A stretch of DNA of 64,000 nucleotides from Cystobasidiomycetes sp. EMM_F5 (Eukaryota). The notes below the pieces were generated by a model, which was not told where the DNA came from, made no database searches, and was given only the letters and a program-made list of their open reading frames with translations. The stretch lies in the NCBI GenBank assembly GCA_051047955.1, contig JBPGPT010000018.1, forward strand, positions 62,001 to 126,000, read 5' to 3'. Position 1 is the stretch's first letter, and the number at the start of each line of letters is the position of its first letter. This document shows, piece after piece, positions 51,833 through 64,000 of the stretch. Both the position numbers and the translations under genes were made by a program.

Positions 51833-52480
51833 TTGTGCTGATCTTCTGGACGATATGCCTACTGCACGGAGTCGATATTCGTGATGTATAGGGAATACTT
51901 CAAGAGTCAAGAGATGGAAGTGAAAGCAAGTCGACTCTCGCTTTGTGAGGATAGCTCATTGTGATTGACACCGCTCGCAAGAATAGGGTAGCTTCGCCCG
52001 CCGGAACATGCCCGTGTGGCCAGTGAACTGAGTGGGCAGATAGCACATAGACTGACAGTATCGCCTTGAGGTGAGTTGTGAGCCTTTATTGCCGGTGTGA
52101 TTGAACGGCTTTGTGCCGCAGTTAGTGCCAGGCGCTTCTCATGTATATCCAGCCGTTCGACGGCCGCAGCTGCCAACGGAGCATACTCTCAGACCATGTT
52201 ATCGTCAGTACGTAGTTTTGCATCATTTGTCGTTTCCGTGCATTGCATAAAATGGCCGGCGGTCGCACTGACAGATTCCTGCGAAACGGGGTGCTTTATT
52301 CAGACATCCAGAGCGTGTCCACTATCAGTATTATATATTGTCCATTCTGAGCAGAACCAAGCCAGCTTTTCCTTCAATTAGCTACCTGAATGTCCCGATC
52401 ATTTACGCGCAAATGGCAGCAAATGCACAGTCGCCAATGCCATCTTTGTCCAATCTTCCTGCTGAGCGACCTGCCAGGCC

Positions 52481-55379
52481 ATGCTCGCGAGGCATCACAG
52501 CCAGCAGCAGCACAGTCTGCGACAAAACATGCCGCCGTCGTCGGGCAGGAAGAGCGTCGGTGGGCTGGGACGCGTCGGGGGAGCAAAGACGGCGACGATG
52601 AAGACGGTCGACGAGGCGGACGAGGAGGGAGAGGTGGACAGCGACGTCGAGGAAAGTCGCATGGACGCCGTGGAGGACGATGGAGACATTCCCATTGAAG
52701 AGCTCGTTGCAATCCCGCGAAATCCGACGACGATATCCTCGTTGACGCGTCAAAGTTGTGTTTCGAGCAGAACAAGGCAGAGAGCTCTGATAGCGAGGGT
52801 GAGCGAGGCATTTGATTGATTCGTACGAGTCGTGCGACTGACTTGAGACTTGTTTTCAGACGTCCAGACTGCTCAAGGGCCGACTATGCCTGGCTGCATT
52901 CAAGGTCGACCGCGGCTGGGAAGGTGCTCCCATTGTTCGCATGGAAGAAGCGCTCGACGCAGAGATAAAAGGCGATTCCAGCATAACTGCTAGTCTATGC
53001 GAACAGGGTCGACAGTACAGACTGCGCAAAAGCACGTCTGCCTCGCAAGATTTGCACCATCATACAGACTCCGCCACTAAAACAACACAATCCCAATCCA
53101 AACAAACTCATCAAGAACGACGTCCTTCAAATACAATTCTATCCTCATCCACTGCATCGTCCACTTCCAGCTCGTCACAGTCTGCCAATTCCTTTGTCGC
53201 TCAACCAGGCATCGATGGTCTCCCTAAACCTGTGTTGACGGATTCCAATTCAGGGAGAAAAGGATCTAATCAGAACGATAGTACTATGTCTACGGATAGT
53301 GCCGTTGTACATCCTGCCGCGAACAACGCTGGTATGCTTGAGATCGGCGCCCCAAGCAGCAACGGCCGGTTGGCAGCCGCCCCGCTTAGCGCTCCGCCTT
53401 CGACTACTACATTCCCTCGTTCTACGGATGACTCAGCTGCCAGTCCGGACTCCTCCACATCCCTAGTCCACCGAAGTAACTCCGTCTCCATCGAAAGCAC
53501 CCAGACTACAGGTTCGTCGTCCGCCGCCATCCCTTACGCATCACCTGCCAAGAAGAAACGCGCTAGAACGGCAACAGTAGGCTCAACTGGCTCCAATGCG
53601 TCTGCATCCACGTCAGTTTCTACCGCAAATAACAACAATAGCGCCGTTACTGTAAAGTTGGAAAAAGAAAAGGGCAGTACGATATCAGCCAAACGCGGTT
53701 CATCGGCAGCTTCAGAGACTCCACCTGCACACAAACGCAAGATATCTCAGAATTCGCTGTGGCACGCCTCTCGAGCAATTCTTGGGCAGGGTATCGGTGG
53801 CATCGGTACGGGACCCACCACGAGTCCAGGTAATTCAACTCTGGCCTCCATGGTCAACGGGACGATGCATACATCTCCTGTACGCTCATCGTACGGTGTA
53901 CAAGCTGGTATTGACGGCACTGGCAATGTCGTGTACTCACCCGCCAGTACTATCACTGGAAGCACGAGCGGGTTGCCTTCGCCAACGCATTCCATACTTA
54001 CTACTCCCCGCCATCAGACTGCTGCAGGTCAGATAATGATGGTCGATGGTGCGGACGGCGGGATCTTTGCTCATCCACATCAAGCCCCGCACACCATTGC
54101 GCATTCGTATATCCCATCCAATCTTGGTCCACATGCGCTCAATAGCGCTATTTTGCCCCAGAATCAGCATCTTATCTTCAATCCTGCCTTTATCTCGCCT
54201 TCACATCCGAACATCTATACTGGCTCCATGTCCATGACACCTCAGCATTCGCAACAACAACAATTTGTACCCATGAGTGCACCTCCAAGCTTTGCTGGTA
54301 CTGCCGGTCTGCCTAGCGGTCCTGGAGACTTTAACGCTGCCAGCGCACTGGCCACATTCAATTTTACGCCAACAGCTAATTTTGACCAGGATATGCACTC
54401 TGGGCTACTGTCTACAGTGCAAGTGGGTCCGCAGATACAACAACCTGGCATATTTGCTCAACAGATGCCGTCACAAAACGCGAATGTCGTCGGGGGCCGC
54501 CAAGCATTGTCTCGAACGCCATCTACCTTGTCGTTTGGCGCCAGCACTGCTGCGACAAACACGACTCTGGACTATGCAGGCAATGTGACTTCGTCGCAAG
54601 AATCATCGTCGAATGTGTCCATGTCGATGCTCGATAATCATCAAAGCGGACAACAGAATGGGACTCTTCTCCCATCAACTCTGCAGGCCCATCACTCCAA
54701 TGGTGAAACAAAGATTCAGACTCGGCCTACCACCTCGGGTGATCCTGAATCGGCGGCAGAGCTCATGTTGTTCCTCGCCGCTAGCCCGTCGCCAAAGCAA
54801 CCGAGTAAGAAGGTCAATACGGGTGGAGCTCCCCTCGGTGGCGATCTGGGCGGTATGAAGGGTCGCAAGCTGTTTGCCGGAGAGGACGAGCCTGATAACG
54901 CTACGAGCAATAATGCAGGCAAAGCTGCTGAACAAGTCGAGCATTCTCCGACGGGACGCCCTCTGCGATCCACGTCTATGGCTGGTAAAACAAAGCGCCA
55001 ACAACAGCAGCAGATGCAGCAAGCGCAGCAAGCGCAGCTCGAAGCCGGCCCGATGTTGAGCTCGACCGCAAAGAGTATAAATGCCAATCCTGGAATGACA
55101 GAGAGCGATGATATGCATCTGGCTTTCGAGACGTCCAATTCACATCAAGCTTACCCGCTTAGCGATATCTTTGGCAACAGCCCGTTCAACGACTCTGCAC
55201 ATGCATTTTCATCTCAGCTTGCTCAACCATTCGAATATCATCAATCGAATGCAATGCACGACACAGGTGGTGACACTGCCATAGGATCGAATCAGCAGCC
55301 ATTCCAGTATGCTCAATTCGGTATGGCAGATTCAGCTTCAGCTATCGCTGTTGATGCGGAGTATGGCAACTCCTGGTAA
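52481..55379 (+). CDS. Whi5/Nrm1-like G1/S transcriptional co-repressor motif protein, mostly disordered, spliced
   Basis: After the intron at ~52800-52859: SRLLKGRLCLAAFKVDRGWEGAPIVRMEE (GTB-like motif); later AAELMLFLAASPSP; NLS-like PAKKKRAR; many S/T-P sites. Confidence 0.7.
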
Positions 55380-55830
55380 CTGTTGTATGATACCTCATCG
55401 CCTCTTGCTTATCTTATCTATGGAGGAAGAACCGCAAGATCCTTGCTCGGAATCTCTCCGCGATGACAATTCCGCGGCTGCCTGTTACAGAAAGCACGAT
55501 GGACAATATCGTCTGTGTATAAGCATATGTGAGGTCCAGTCGCATTCCACGTTGTCTTTCCATCGCGTTGTCATTGTACGTGGTCAAGCGGTAGACACTT
55601 GCGCAAATTGCTCATCGTCTCATTGCGGCCGGTCTCTAACAATGCATGTCCTCTCTGTGCATCATGCAGCACTGCCGCCTGAAAATTCTACTTCGTTACT
55701 GTTTGCGTCCAGCGGAAGCGGACGAAAGTGTGCACTCAGAAATTCGAAAATACCGACATCCCTACATTGCATTTAATCCGCCGATATTGCAGTAAAGCGC
55801 GAAGGAATCAAGATGTGATGACTCTTGGCA

Positions 55831-57445
55831 TCAGCGAGTCATCTCGAGTTCTTGTAACTGGCGGACGGCATCGCGAACTACTTTGATGTTGCTATCGAGG
55901 ATGGCCGGTGCTTGCGCTAATGTTCTCTCTGAGAGCCGAGCCACCAAGGCGATCTCACTATTCATCTAACAATCAGGGTGTTTTTGGCATACTCTCGTTA
56001 GATCAATGTGACTTACTGTGTCATTTCCCAATGCGCCATTGCGACCCCTGTTGTCAGAACGACCAGTCCATTCGCATTGTTCCTGACTGGCTTGGTCGAT
56101 TTCCTGTCGGGTGGAGGTGACGAAACAACTGGGTTTACTTGGCCATTAGGTGCATTTGCACCTCCTGTAGAGCCACTCCGACTTTTGGTATGGTCAGTTG
56201 TATTACAGCTGCATCGCGCGAAGAGATGTGTGAGCTCAACATCAGTGTCGATAAGCGTTGCGAGATGACACGTCACGAACTCGTATATCTGATCGACCTC
56301 CCAGTGGAAATCAATGTACTCCGTACACAGCCCGTGCGTGACTTCATCCCCGGGTGTGGAGTCTGACGCGAAATATAGCTTTGAGGCCATGTCGAATAAG
56401 TAGGCCTTGTCGAATGCAGATTGCTGATCAAAAGTGCGTCAGCACGCTGAAACCTCACTAATCAAGGCGAACGTACTGTAACGAGCATGTCTAGCAGACG
56501 CTCCAGGGGACCTTGTAGAGGCAGTAGTCGCGAGACGATCTTGGACAAGGCTTCCCATATTGACGGAGTGTAGATGGATGTGAAGTAGTATGATATTGGC
56601 GGAGGAACATAGTCTCGTGAAATGATACTGCTGTCGTTGTCTGCATACTCGTTCAGATCGTCCACAATACGATTACGCAGGATCTGTTGCGAATCTAGTA
56701 GAACATAATCATTCAGCCGGTCATTTGGTATCCATGTAAGCGAGTCACCGCACCTGAACGATACGTGTCGGCCATCCCCTCTATCTTGTGGCAGAAAATG
56801 TCGAATGTTATATTCTCGTTGAGCTGATGTATGCTGTAGATTGCGGTGGCAATCCTGAGGTGGTGGTCATCAGCTGAGCGAGGTGCAGGAGTGCTGTATC
56901 TTCGGGACCATACTTTCGCTCAATGCCAGTCTTGTCATTGTCCAGAGCCTTGTTGACAAGATTGTCACTTGGTTTCGGGACGGCACTGAGCGTGATATAG
57001 TCCTCACCTTGACATCGACTACGAATATGCAAGCACCAACCCTGCTTATGTCTAGATTTTCGAGATTTTCGATATCGTACCGTTCTCCAGGAACATCCCA
57101 TATATCGAAACCCAGAAAGGCACTGACGGGGACGAGAGGATGTTAAAGGCTAAAAGTCAGCCTGACTGGGTCGCAATTGCACAAAATTCGTCGTTGGCGC
57201 GCACTTGAAGCTCTTTACTGCTGGCGCTTTGCTGGATTGGTTCTCGACCGTCGTCGACGGCTCGGCGTCATCCAGGACGACGTCGAGGATGGAAGTCTTT
57301 CCGGATCTACCACAGTACACGGCAACGAAGCACAGCCCAAGTCAGCTCAGACTGCCAGGCCAGAGTATCCTACGACAGTATGGACGATGTTTCGACCGCA
57401 CCTTCGTGGACCCAACAGCAGGCAGACTCGAGGCCGCGCAGTCAT
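55831..57445 (-). CDS. Rag-family GTPase, RagC/Gtr2 type, divergent, multi-exon
   Basis: Spliced LLLGPRR|SGKTS P-loop, IWDVPG, FCHKIEG, FTSIY..SIWEALSKIVSRLLP, ASKLYFASDSTP, roadblock-type C-terminus. Confidence 0.85.
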
Positions 57446-57673
57446 TGCTGGCGTCCGGGTCGACGCTTTAGTGTCCGCGAATGGTGCTAGCCTTGAACAG
57501 TCTAAGCGGGCATTGTGTTCCGATAGCGGACAACCTGAGTTGGGCAACAACGACTCGCTGCAGGCACAATTGGCGCACATTGTGCAACGAATGACTCTAT
57601 ACAAGATTCCCAGGAATTCCCGTGACCCCATGCCGTATATGATTCCCTCTCGCCCTTCACCAGTAGCATAAAC

Positions 57674-59075
57674 TCAATCATCCGACTTTGTATGCCTCTC
57701 AATCTCCTGCTCTTTCCGCTGAAAGTGCTCCATGAATCCTACCAGAGTCTTGACCTGGTCCAATGTTACAGCATTGTACAAGCTCGTGCGAATCCCGCCG
57801 ACCGAGCTGATCGATCACATCACTCAGTCATGGGCAACCGGCTTCGACGACGAGTCCTTGTACTCACCGATGCCCTTTTATTTGTTTGATTCCTGCCTTC
57901 TCTGCCTCCTTGACGAAGCGCTCTTCTCTCCCTTCTCCTGAGACTGCAAAGCATATGTTCATTCTGCTTCGCAAGGCCGGCAGAACACGCGCGACGTAGA
58001 AACCTTGACTGTTGTCAATAGCTGTATAGACGGCGTCCGCCTTTGCTTTGTTGATCTGTTCGATCTTTTCTACCCCGCCCAGTTGCTGAAGGTGCTTGAA
58101 TACGAGTCCCGAGACGTATATAGGAAACATTGACGGAGTGTTGTACAGGCTGTTGTTGTCGGCGTGCACCTTGTAGGTCATCATTGCAGGTATTCTCGGG
58201 CCTCCATGCGGGACAGCGTCATCTGGATCGACTATCAAGTCTTTGCGGACAAAGACCAACGTGAGGCCTGAAGGACCGACATTCTTCTGAGCTCCGGCGT
58301 AGACCAGACCAAGATTCGCTTCTTTCCACGGAATGGGGCGAGAGAGTATGTTGGACGACATGTCGGCGCATAGCGGTACGTCTCGCAAATGATCTGGCAC
58401 CGTAGGAGGCGGAATCTCTACTCCGTTTACCGTTTCATTGGCGCAGTAGTATATGAAGGCTGGCAAGGTGCCATCATCACTCTTGCTTGACCAGTTCCAT
58501 TGCTGTGAGGGAGGCAGTTGTTGCGCACCAAATGTAGCCTTTTCTCCGCCCTTGACAGGTTCTCTGCCATCAACGACGACATTCACATCCAAGCCCAATC
58601 TTCGTGCTTCGCCCGCGGCCTTTGCCGACCACGAGCCCGATACAACGTAATCACACCGTGGCTCTTTTGCGCTGTCGCTCTGCTTGTTGCGGCTCCTCCA
58701 CGCTGCCGCGAGGTTGAGCGGGGCCATTGAGAACTGCGTCAATCCGCCTCCCTGCAGAAAGAGAACAGCGTAATCCTCCGGAACGTCGAGCAATTGGCGG
58801 AGGTCGGCTTCAGCCTCCTTCAGACAGGCTTGGAATGGGGCACCCCGATGCGACAGTTCCGTCAGACCCATGCCTGTGTTTGCAAAGTCGAGCAGTCCGG
58901 ACGTTGCCTGCAAAAGGACGGGCGTGGGCAAGGCGGACGGGCCCGCCGCCATGTTGATGGTCGCAGCTCTGTGCTGCAGCAGCGACTGCATCGACGGCAG
59001 TGCGGTCAGTAATTCATCCATGGTTGGCAGCGAGTCAAGGGATGTTACTTTTGAATGGGACCGACTGGCTGCCAT
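57674..59075 (-). CDS. SER1: Phosphoserine aminotransferase (start codon uncertain), 2 exons
   Basis: AAGPSALP, ELSHR, LFLQGGG, GSWS, YCANETVNGVE, DMSSNILSR, GAQKNVGPSG (PLP Lys), SLYNTP, RSRMN, KGHR|SVGGIRTSLYNA. Confidence 0.96.
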
Positions 59076-59367
59076 TGATGGTTCACCCTTCTGTAACGCA
59101 ATCATCAGTGCAGTCCTGTCGCAACATGCTTGGCAAACGTCAATATCGCTTCCTGCAAAGTCTTGCATTTCTCACGGCTTTTGCATAAAGTGCCCCCCAT
59201 TTCGCTACATGCCAAGCTAAACAGGCGTCTTTTTTACAGCATAAATGCTGTCGCATTGACGTCTTCTAGCCATCACTGATACCCTCTATACAAAATAATA
59301 TCTTCATAATCCGCAAATACATACAACAGCCGACTTGTCTTCGGCCTCGAGTGGCTGGACCATTAGA

Positions 59368-61071
59368 ATGCAAGCCTCTGCCAACAATGCCCCTTCTGAA
59401 TATGCACCATACGCGATGTATCCAACGCAAAGCAATCCACATCCTCGCTCACCTCAGGCTGGCCTCAATCCTTTCAGCGATCCCCACTCCGCATATCCAC
59501 CGGACAATGGCCAAACCGCGGAACGATTCCCGCAGTCAATGGATCTAGCAGAAAACGAGCCCAACGCTGCTGGGATCGGCAGCGGTTCGAGATACTACTC
59601 TCGCACCCCATACGACTTTGCGAGCCCAGCGATGGCATCGAATAGCCCGTATCTTATGGCAAGCAACGGCAGGTCCGATATGCAAGCACTGCACAGCGAG
59701 GAGACATTCGACAAATCTTCTGAGCTGGCTCGAGAGGACGAAGTGGAAAAGTACCGTTCGCTGGCAAGCGAGCCGCCAGCACAGTCGTCTTGGAAGAAAT
59801 GGGCAGCTATCCTGCTAGCCGTGCTGCTGATAGCTGGCGCGGTGGCTGGCGGGCTGGCTGGTTGGAAGCTGTCTCAACGAAATTCATCCGATTCTTCAAC
59901 TACATCAGGCTCGACAACAGCCGGTGGAGACCCTAGCAAGTTTACTAAAGATGCCAGACTGCACCAGTCGTTCTACGGCATCGCCTACACCCCCAAAGGA
60001 GCGATGGTAGATCAAGGATGCAATGCAACGCTATCCTCTGTCATCAAGGAGATACAGATTCTGTCTCAATTGACGACGCGCATCCGGACATATGGATCAG
60101 ATTGCAACGCGTCTTTCCTGGTCATGGAAGCTATCGCGCAGACCAAAGTCAACATGAGCGTGTGGCTTGGGGCATACATCGAGATGGACAATGACACAAC
60201 AACGACTCGCCAGATGTCCGATACACTCGCAGTGATCAAGCAATACAGAGGAAAGAACATAGGTGGTGTTACCGTTGGCAATGGTAGGCTGTTTCACCTC
60301 GGTAAGAACTACACACTAAATGCGCCACGCAGAGGTGTTGCTCAATGCGAAGCAGTCGGCTGCTTCGTATCAGTTCATCGCGGATAACGTCGCAAGCATG
60401 AAGAGCAGTATTCAGGCACTAGAGCTCGGTGTAGATATTCCTGTCGGGACATCCGATGCTGGGTCTGCCTTCACTGCCGATCTATCAACTAAGATTGACA
60501 TCTATCTCTCAAACACTCACCCATGGTTTGGAGGCGTCAACATCGACGATGCGGCCACTTGGACGTGGACATTCTGGCAGGATAACAACGTCAAGATCTC
60601 GGCACCCACGTGTCAGACGTACATTGGAGAAGTTGGCTGGCCATCGCAAGCCATGACTGGTTCTCCCGACAATTACGAAGGAGCTGTCGCCTCGACTGAC
60701 AATTTGCAGAAATGTGAGCCAGTCTCTCTTATATTGTGAATCATCGCGGATCGCTGACAGCGTATATCTACTAAGTCTTGGATACCTATGTCGTCAGCAT
60801 GGAGCCTGTGTCATCGTCACTGCAGCAAGCTGATGATTTGTCTTTGAACAACAGTGCCAAGCCAACGCCAATAGTACGAATTACTTCTATTTCGAGGCTT
60901 TTGACGAACCTTGGAAGGAGAAGTACAAGGGAGTCGAGCCGTATGTAAGTCTTGGGACTGACATCAGCAATGGTTGTGGGCATTCCACTGATGTCCGCTT
61001 TTGTGCGTCAGTGGGGATTGTTCGACCGCAACTACAAGCTTAAGGATATTACCATTCCGAATTGCACGTAG
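59368..61071 (+). CDS. Glycoside hydrolase family 17 beta-1,3-glucanase/transglucosylase, type II membrane-anchored (BtgC-like), spliced
   Basis: Cytosolic N-terminus, TM helix, LHQSFYGIAYTP, RIRTYGSDC, VTVGN|E acid/base, NTHPWF, IGEVGWPS nucleophile, YFEAFDEPWK, WGLF. Confidence 0.92.
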
Positions 61072-61914
61072 AGTATCTACGCCTGCTGCCAGACCTTATT
61101 TCATGCAACGGACACTACTGTATCGGCATGTGTATATTGAGGCTTCCTGCAATCTTCTTTTCGCAGCTCTCAGAATTCGCGTTTGCGAGCTCAACGGGTC
61201 AGTTTCTTTGCGGATGAAAGAAGAAGCGCATATCCAACCCGCTTGCTCCAGTCTTGCTAGCGCCTGCCGCATTTGCGATGTCATGGACGCTTTTGGGTTG
61301 TAATTTTTGGTCACGTGATCTTGACACGACGCGTAACGTGGCTCGTCTTGGGTCCGCAAGGAGCGGAGTGCAGCTGCGTATAATAGCGCTACGTAGTTGT
61401 GCAGCATTCTCGAGTACTCGTACGAGTACTGCAATGCATGGCTGCCCGATTTTAGATGCCATGAGCTAAAAGAAGCGGTTGTCGGATTTTTGACGTGTGT
61501 TTTTTGCCAATTTGACCGTGCCCGCCCAACGGCCAATATCCGTTACAACGGTCGTCGCAAGTCCGCCATTCGGACACTGTGAGGAAACCCGTATTTCTGC
61601 ATCCCTGCTGCACGACACAAGCCTGCACCAAACCTTGCTGTACTGCCCGGCGCGGTAAAAGCCAAACACACTAGCTTGCGGTCTGGACTCGGGCCGCGTT
61701 CTGGGACGAATGCCAGGAGGTCTTGGGGAAAAAAGTAGCACAAGTAGCAGGCTGCCAGCAGCGACAGTGGTCAGAAACATACTGCTGGGCTGCAGTGTCG
61801 CATGCAGGACGCTCCCTTTTGCCTGCTAGCTCGACACCGCGGACCGCAATTAGCACGCCACCAGTCCGCAAACACCGGTTCGCAGCAGTGACTTATCGCC
61901 AAAATATCAGCACC

Positions 61915-64000
61915 ATGGGCAGCGACTCGAATCCATCGTCGCCGCAGTCTAGCGCAACGCCGTTGAAATCCAAGAAGAGTCTTGACTGGCTAGCCAAGTC
62001 CTTCAAGCGAAAGGGGTCCACCTCGTCGACTTCCAGTAATTCTAGCGACCATAGGCGAAGCGGACTCGTTGGAAACTCGCGTAATATCCATAATCACGAA
62101 CCTCTCTTAACGATTCCCGGGTCTCCTGCCATTACACAACCGCTTTATTCCCCAGCGACAAGCTCTGACGATGGAGACGCGAGGTCTAGTCGAAGTGACC
62201 TAGGTCCATTCACTCCTGATGAAGCAATCCCGGGCCACCTCGTACTTCCTCAGACGCGTCCCATTCACTCTCCTTTGGCTTCGCCATCCATCTTGCCAGC
62301 TTCTCCGGTTTCTCCAGGCTCGCCCCCAACAATGTCGCTAAAGGCGCCTCAGCCATTAAGTCCTGGGAGAATAGGGACCCTCAGTCCATCCAAGATCTGC
62401 GAAGAATCGCGGAGTATCAGTCTCAGCAACGTACCTTCACGAAGCTCGACTCCAGGCCGGGATTTGCAGTCGCAAATTGATAAGGACAGTCCAGGACGAG
62501 AGAAGGAGAAGTTGTTGACCAGCGTTTCCAGTCGCAAGGCGCTGCGCACAATGTTGGACGAGTGGGTAAAGTCGATTGTCAGATCTCCCGTCACAGCTAA
62601 TTACGGTGCTTCAGCCCTGTTGGTCTGTGGAAGCTAGGCCAATTCTTGGCGTCGGAGATGAACGCGGAAACGCTCGTCTTCTGGTTAAATGTAAGCATGG
62701 ATACTGCACCATTTCGGGGCGAACATGACGCTGATACGAGGATTTATACAGGCTGAACAGCACAGGAATGACCTTAAACGGTTATACGCTCTCACACAAA
62801 AAATCCATTCCCTTCACATACCTTCACAAGCGCCAATGGCACTGAATATCACGTCGAATGAACGTGCAAGCATCGAGCGCGCAATTCGTTCATTTACCAA
62901 AATCGATGACCCTTACAAGGTTGCCAGGGACGCAGCTTTTCAGGCTTTATATCACGACGCGTGGCCACGTTTCTTGCAATGGCGTCTCCAGCTGCTCCAC
63001 AATAAAAGCCAACGTTGTAATAGCGTCAGTATTATTTCACTCAACAATGTGAATCTTCCGGAGCTAACGAGTTCTCGTCTGCCCGTAGCAAAACCAAACC
63101 TCCTTTACCCTGGCAGATCCCAGCCGCGACAGGGATCAGCCTCTGCTACTAGTATCAGATGGTTTCCTTGACCTGACCGGATACAGTCGTCAAGATGTAT
63201 TGATGAGGAATTGCCGGTTTCTGCAAGGACCGGGTACATCCCCCGCTGTGATATCCCGCATACGTCAGGCCAGCAGCGATGGATCCGACATTACGGAGCT
63301 CCTTCTCAATTACCGAAAAGACGGTCTGCCGTTTTGGAGTCTGCTTCGCATCATCGTAAGTCTTGATATTGACTTTCGGTACACAGCAACCTTCAGCTAA
63401 CGTACTTAACGACCCGGCAGCCTTTGCGTAACGCTACAGGCCGCTTAAAGTACCTCCTGGGATGTCAAATCAACGTCACCAGTACACTTGCGGCTACAAA
63501 AGATTTAGCGAATTTACTCAGTGACGACTTGGATCCACTGGATATGCCACCGCGACCACTTTTTGAGGACGACCTTGTTGAGTCCCAGACAGTTCAGACC
63601 AATGAAGCCATGCGAGCGTACCTTACTTCGCTAGATAGCAAAGAAGCCGACCCATTGCATAAGAAGTCTGAAATCGAAAGACGCGATATCGTTGGCCGGA
63701 ACTCTTCAGTTGTGGGCAGTCCCGCTACTGGCTATTTAGATTCACCAGTGATGGGTCGCGGCAACGTGCCCAGTCCAGCCAGTCGCCCTCGATCCGCTAA
63801 TCGGGACATGCATGCAAATGCAGCTGCAGCGTTATTTGATGGATCCGCTGGTATGCAGACAAAAAGCTTTCAGTCGCCAACAGCAAATTTCGGAATGTCT
63901 TCCGCTGCCAGACCGCAAACGTCAGCCAGCTTGTTCGCAAGGCCGGGTACCGCGTATAGTATGGTTGACACGGAGGGCAAGGCGCAAGCACAGCATTCCC
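61915..64000 (+). CDS. RGS-LOV (PAS) blue-light sensor-like protein, spliced, 3' end runs off the window
   Basis: RGS: FLASEMNAETLVFWL..IPSQAPMALNI..LYHDAWPRFL; LOV: FTLADP..DQPLLLVSDGFLDLTGYSRQDVLMRNCRFLQGPGT..LLNYRKDGLPFW..LGCQINVT. Confidence 0.88.

Noticed and set aside
54998..55040. CAG/CAA-rich run
   Set aside because: Ordinary imperfect poly-Gln coding tract.

Overview
Eukaryotic, intron-rich fungal DNA (short GT-AG introns with CTGAC/CTAAC branch sites, compact gene spacing). Gene content suggests a basidiomycete, but this is inference and the taxon cannot be fixed from the window. About 35 protein-coding genes can be reconstructed by joining the ORF-track fragments across introns. 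Conserved housekeeping blocks are: PHD/TFIIS-M Bye1-like, GCLM, F-box, COX11, OTU deubiquitinase (1-10 kb); PRELI, SPF27, dienelactone hydrolase, DAHP synthase, UBX, APC1, delta-COP (23-39 kb); Whi5-like, Rag GTPase, SER1, GH17, RGS-LOV (52-64 kb). Two accessory islands interrupt them. Island 1 (10-23 kb) has two tandem SDRs, a 2OG-Fe(II) oxygenase, a small catalase-fold heme protein, and a six-gene tandem array of secreted 8-Cys CFEM-like proteins (2 soluble, 4 GPI-type) sharing one intron position. Island 2 (39-52 kb) has four disordered orphan paralogues with a Thr-flanked Cys micro-motif, an intronless secreted Cys-rich protein ending in an Erv1/ALR-type sulfhydryl oxidase domain, two membrane orphans and a second orphan paralogue pair. 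I found no rRNA, tRNA, CRISPR array or transposon. Coordinates of spliced genes are outer spans read by eye and may be off at the termini.
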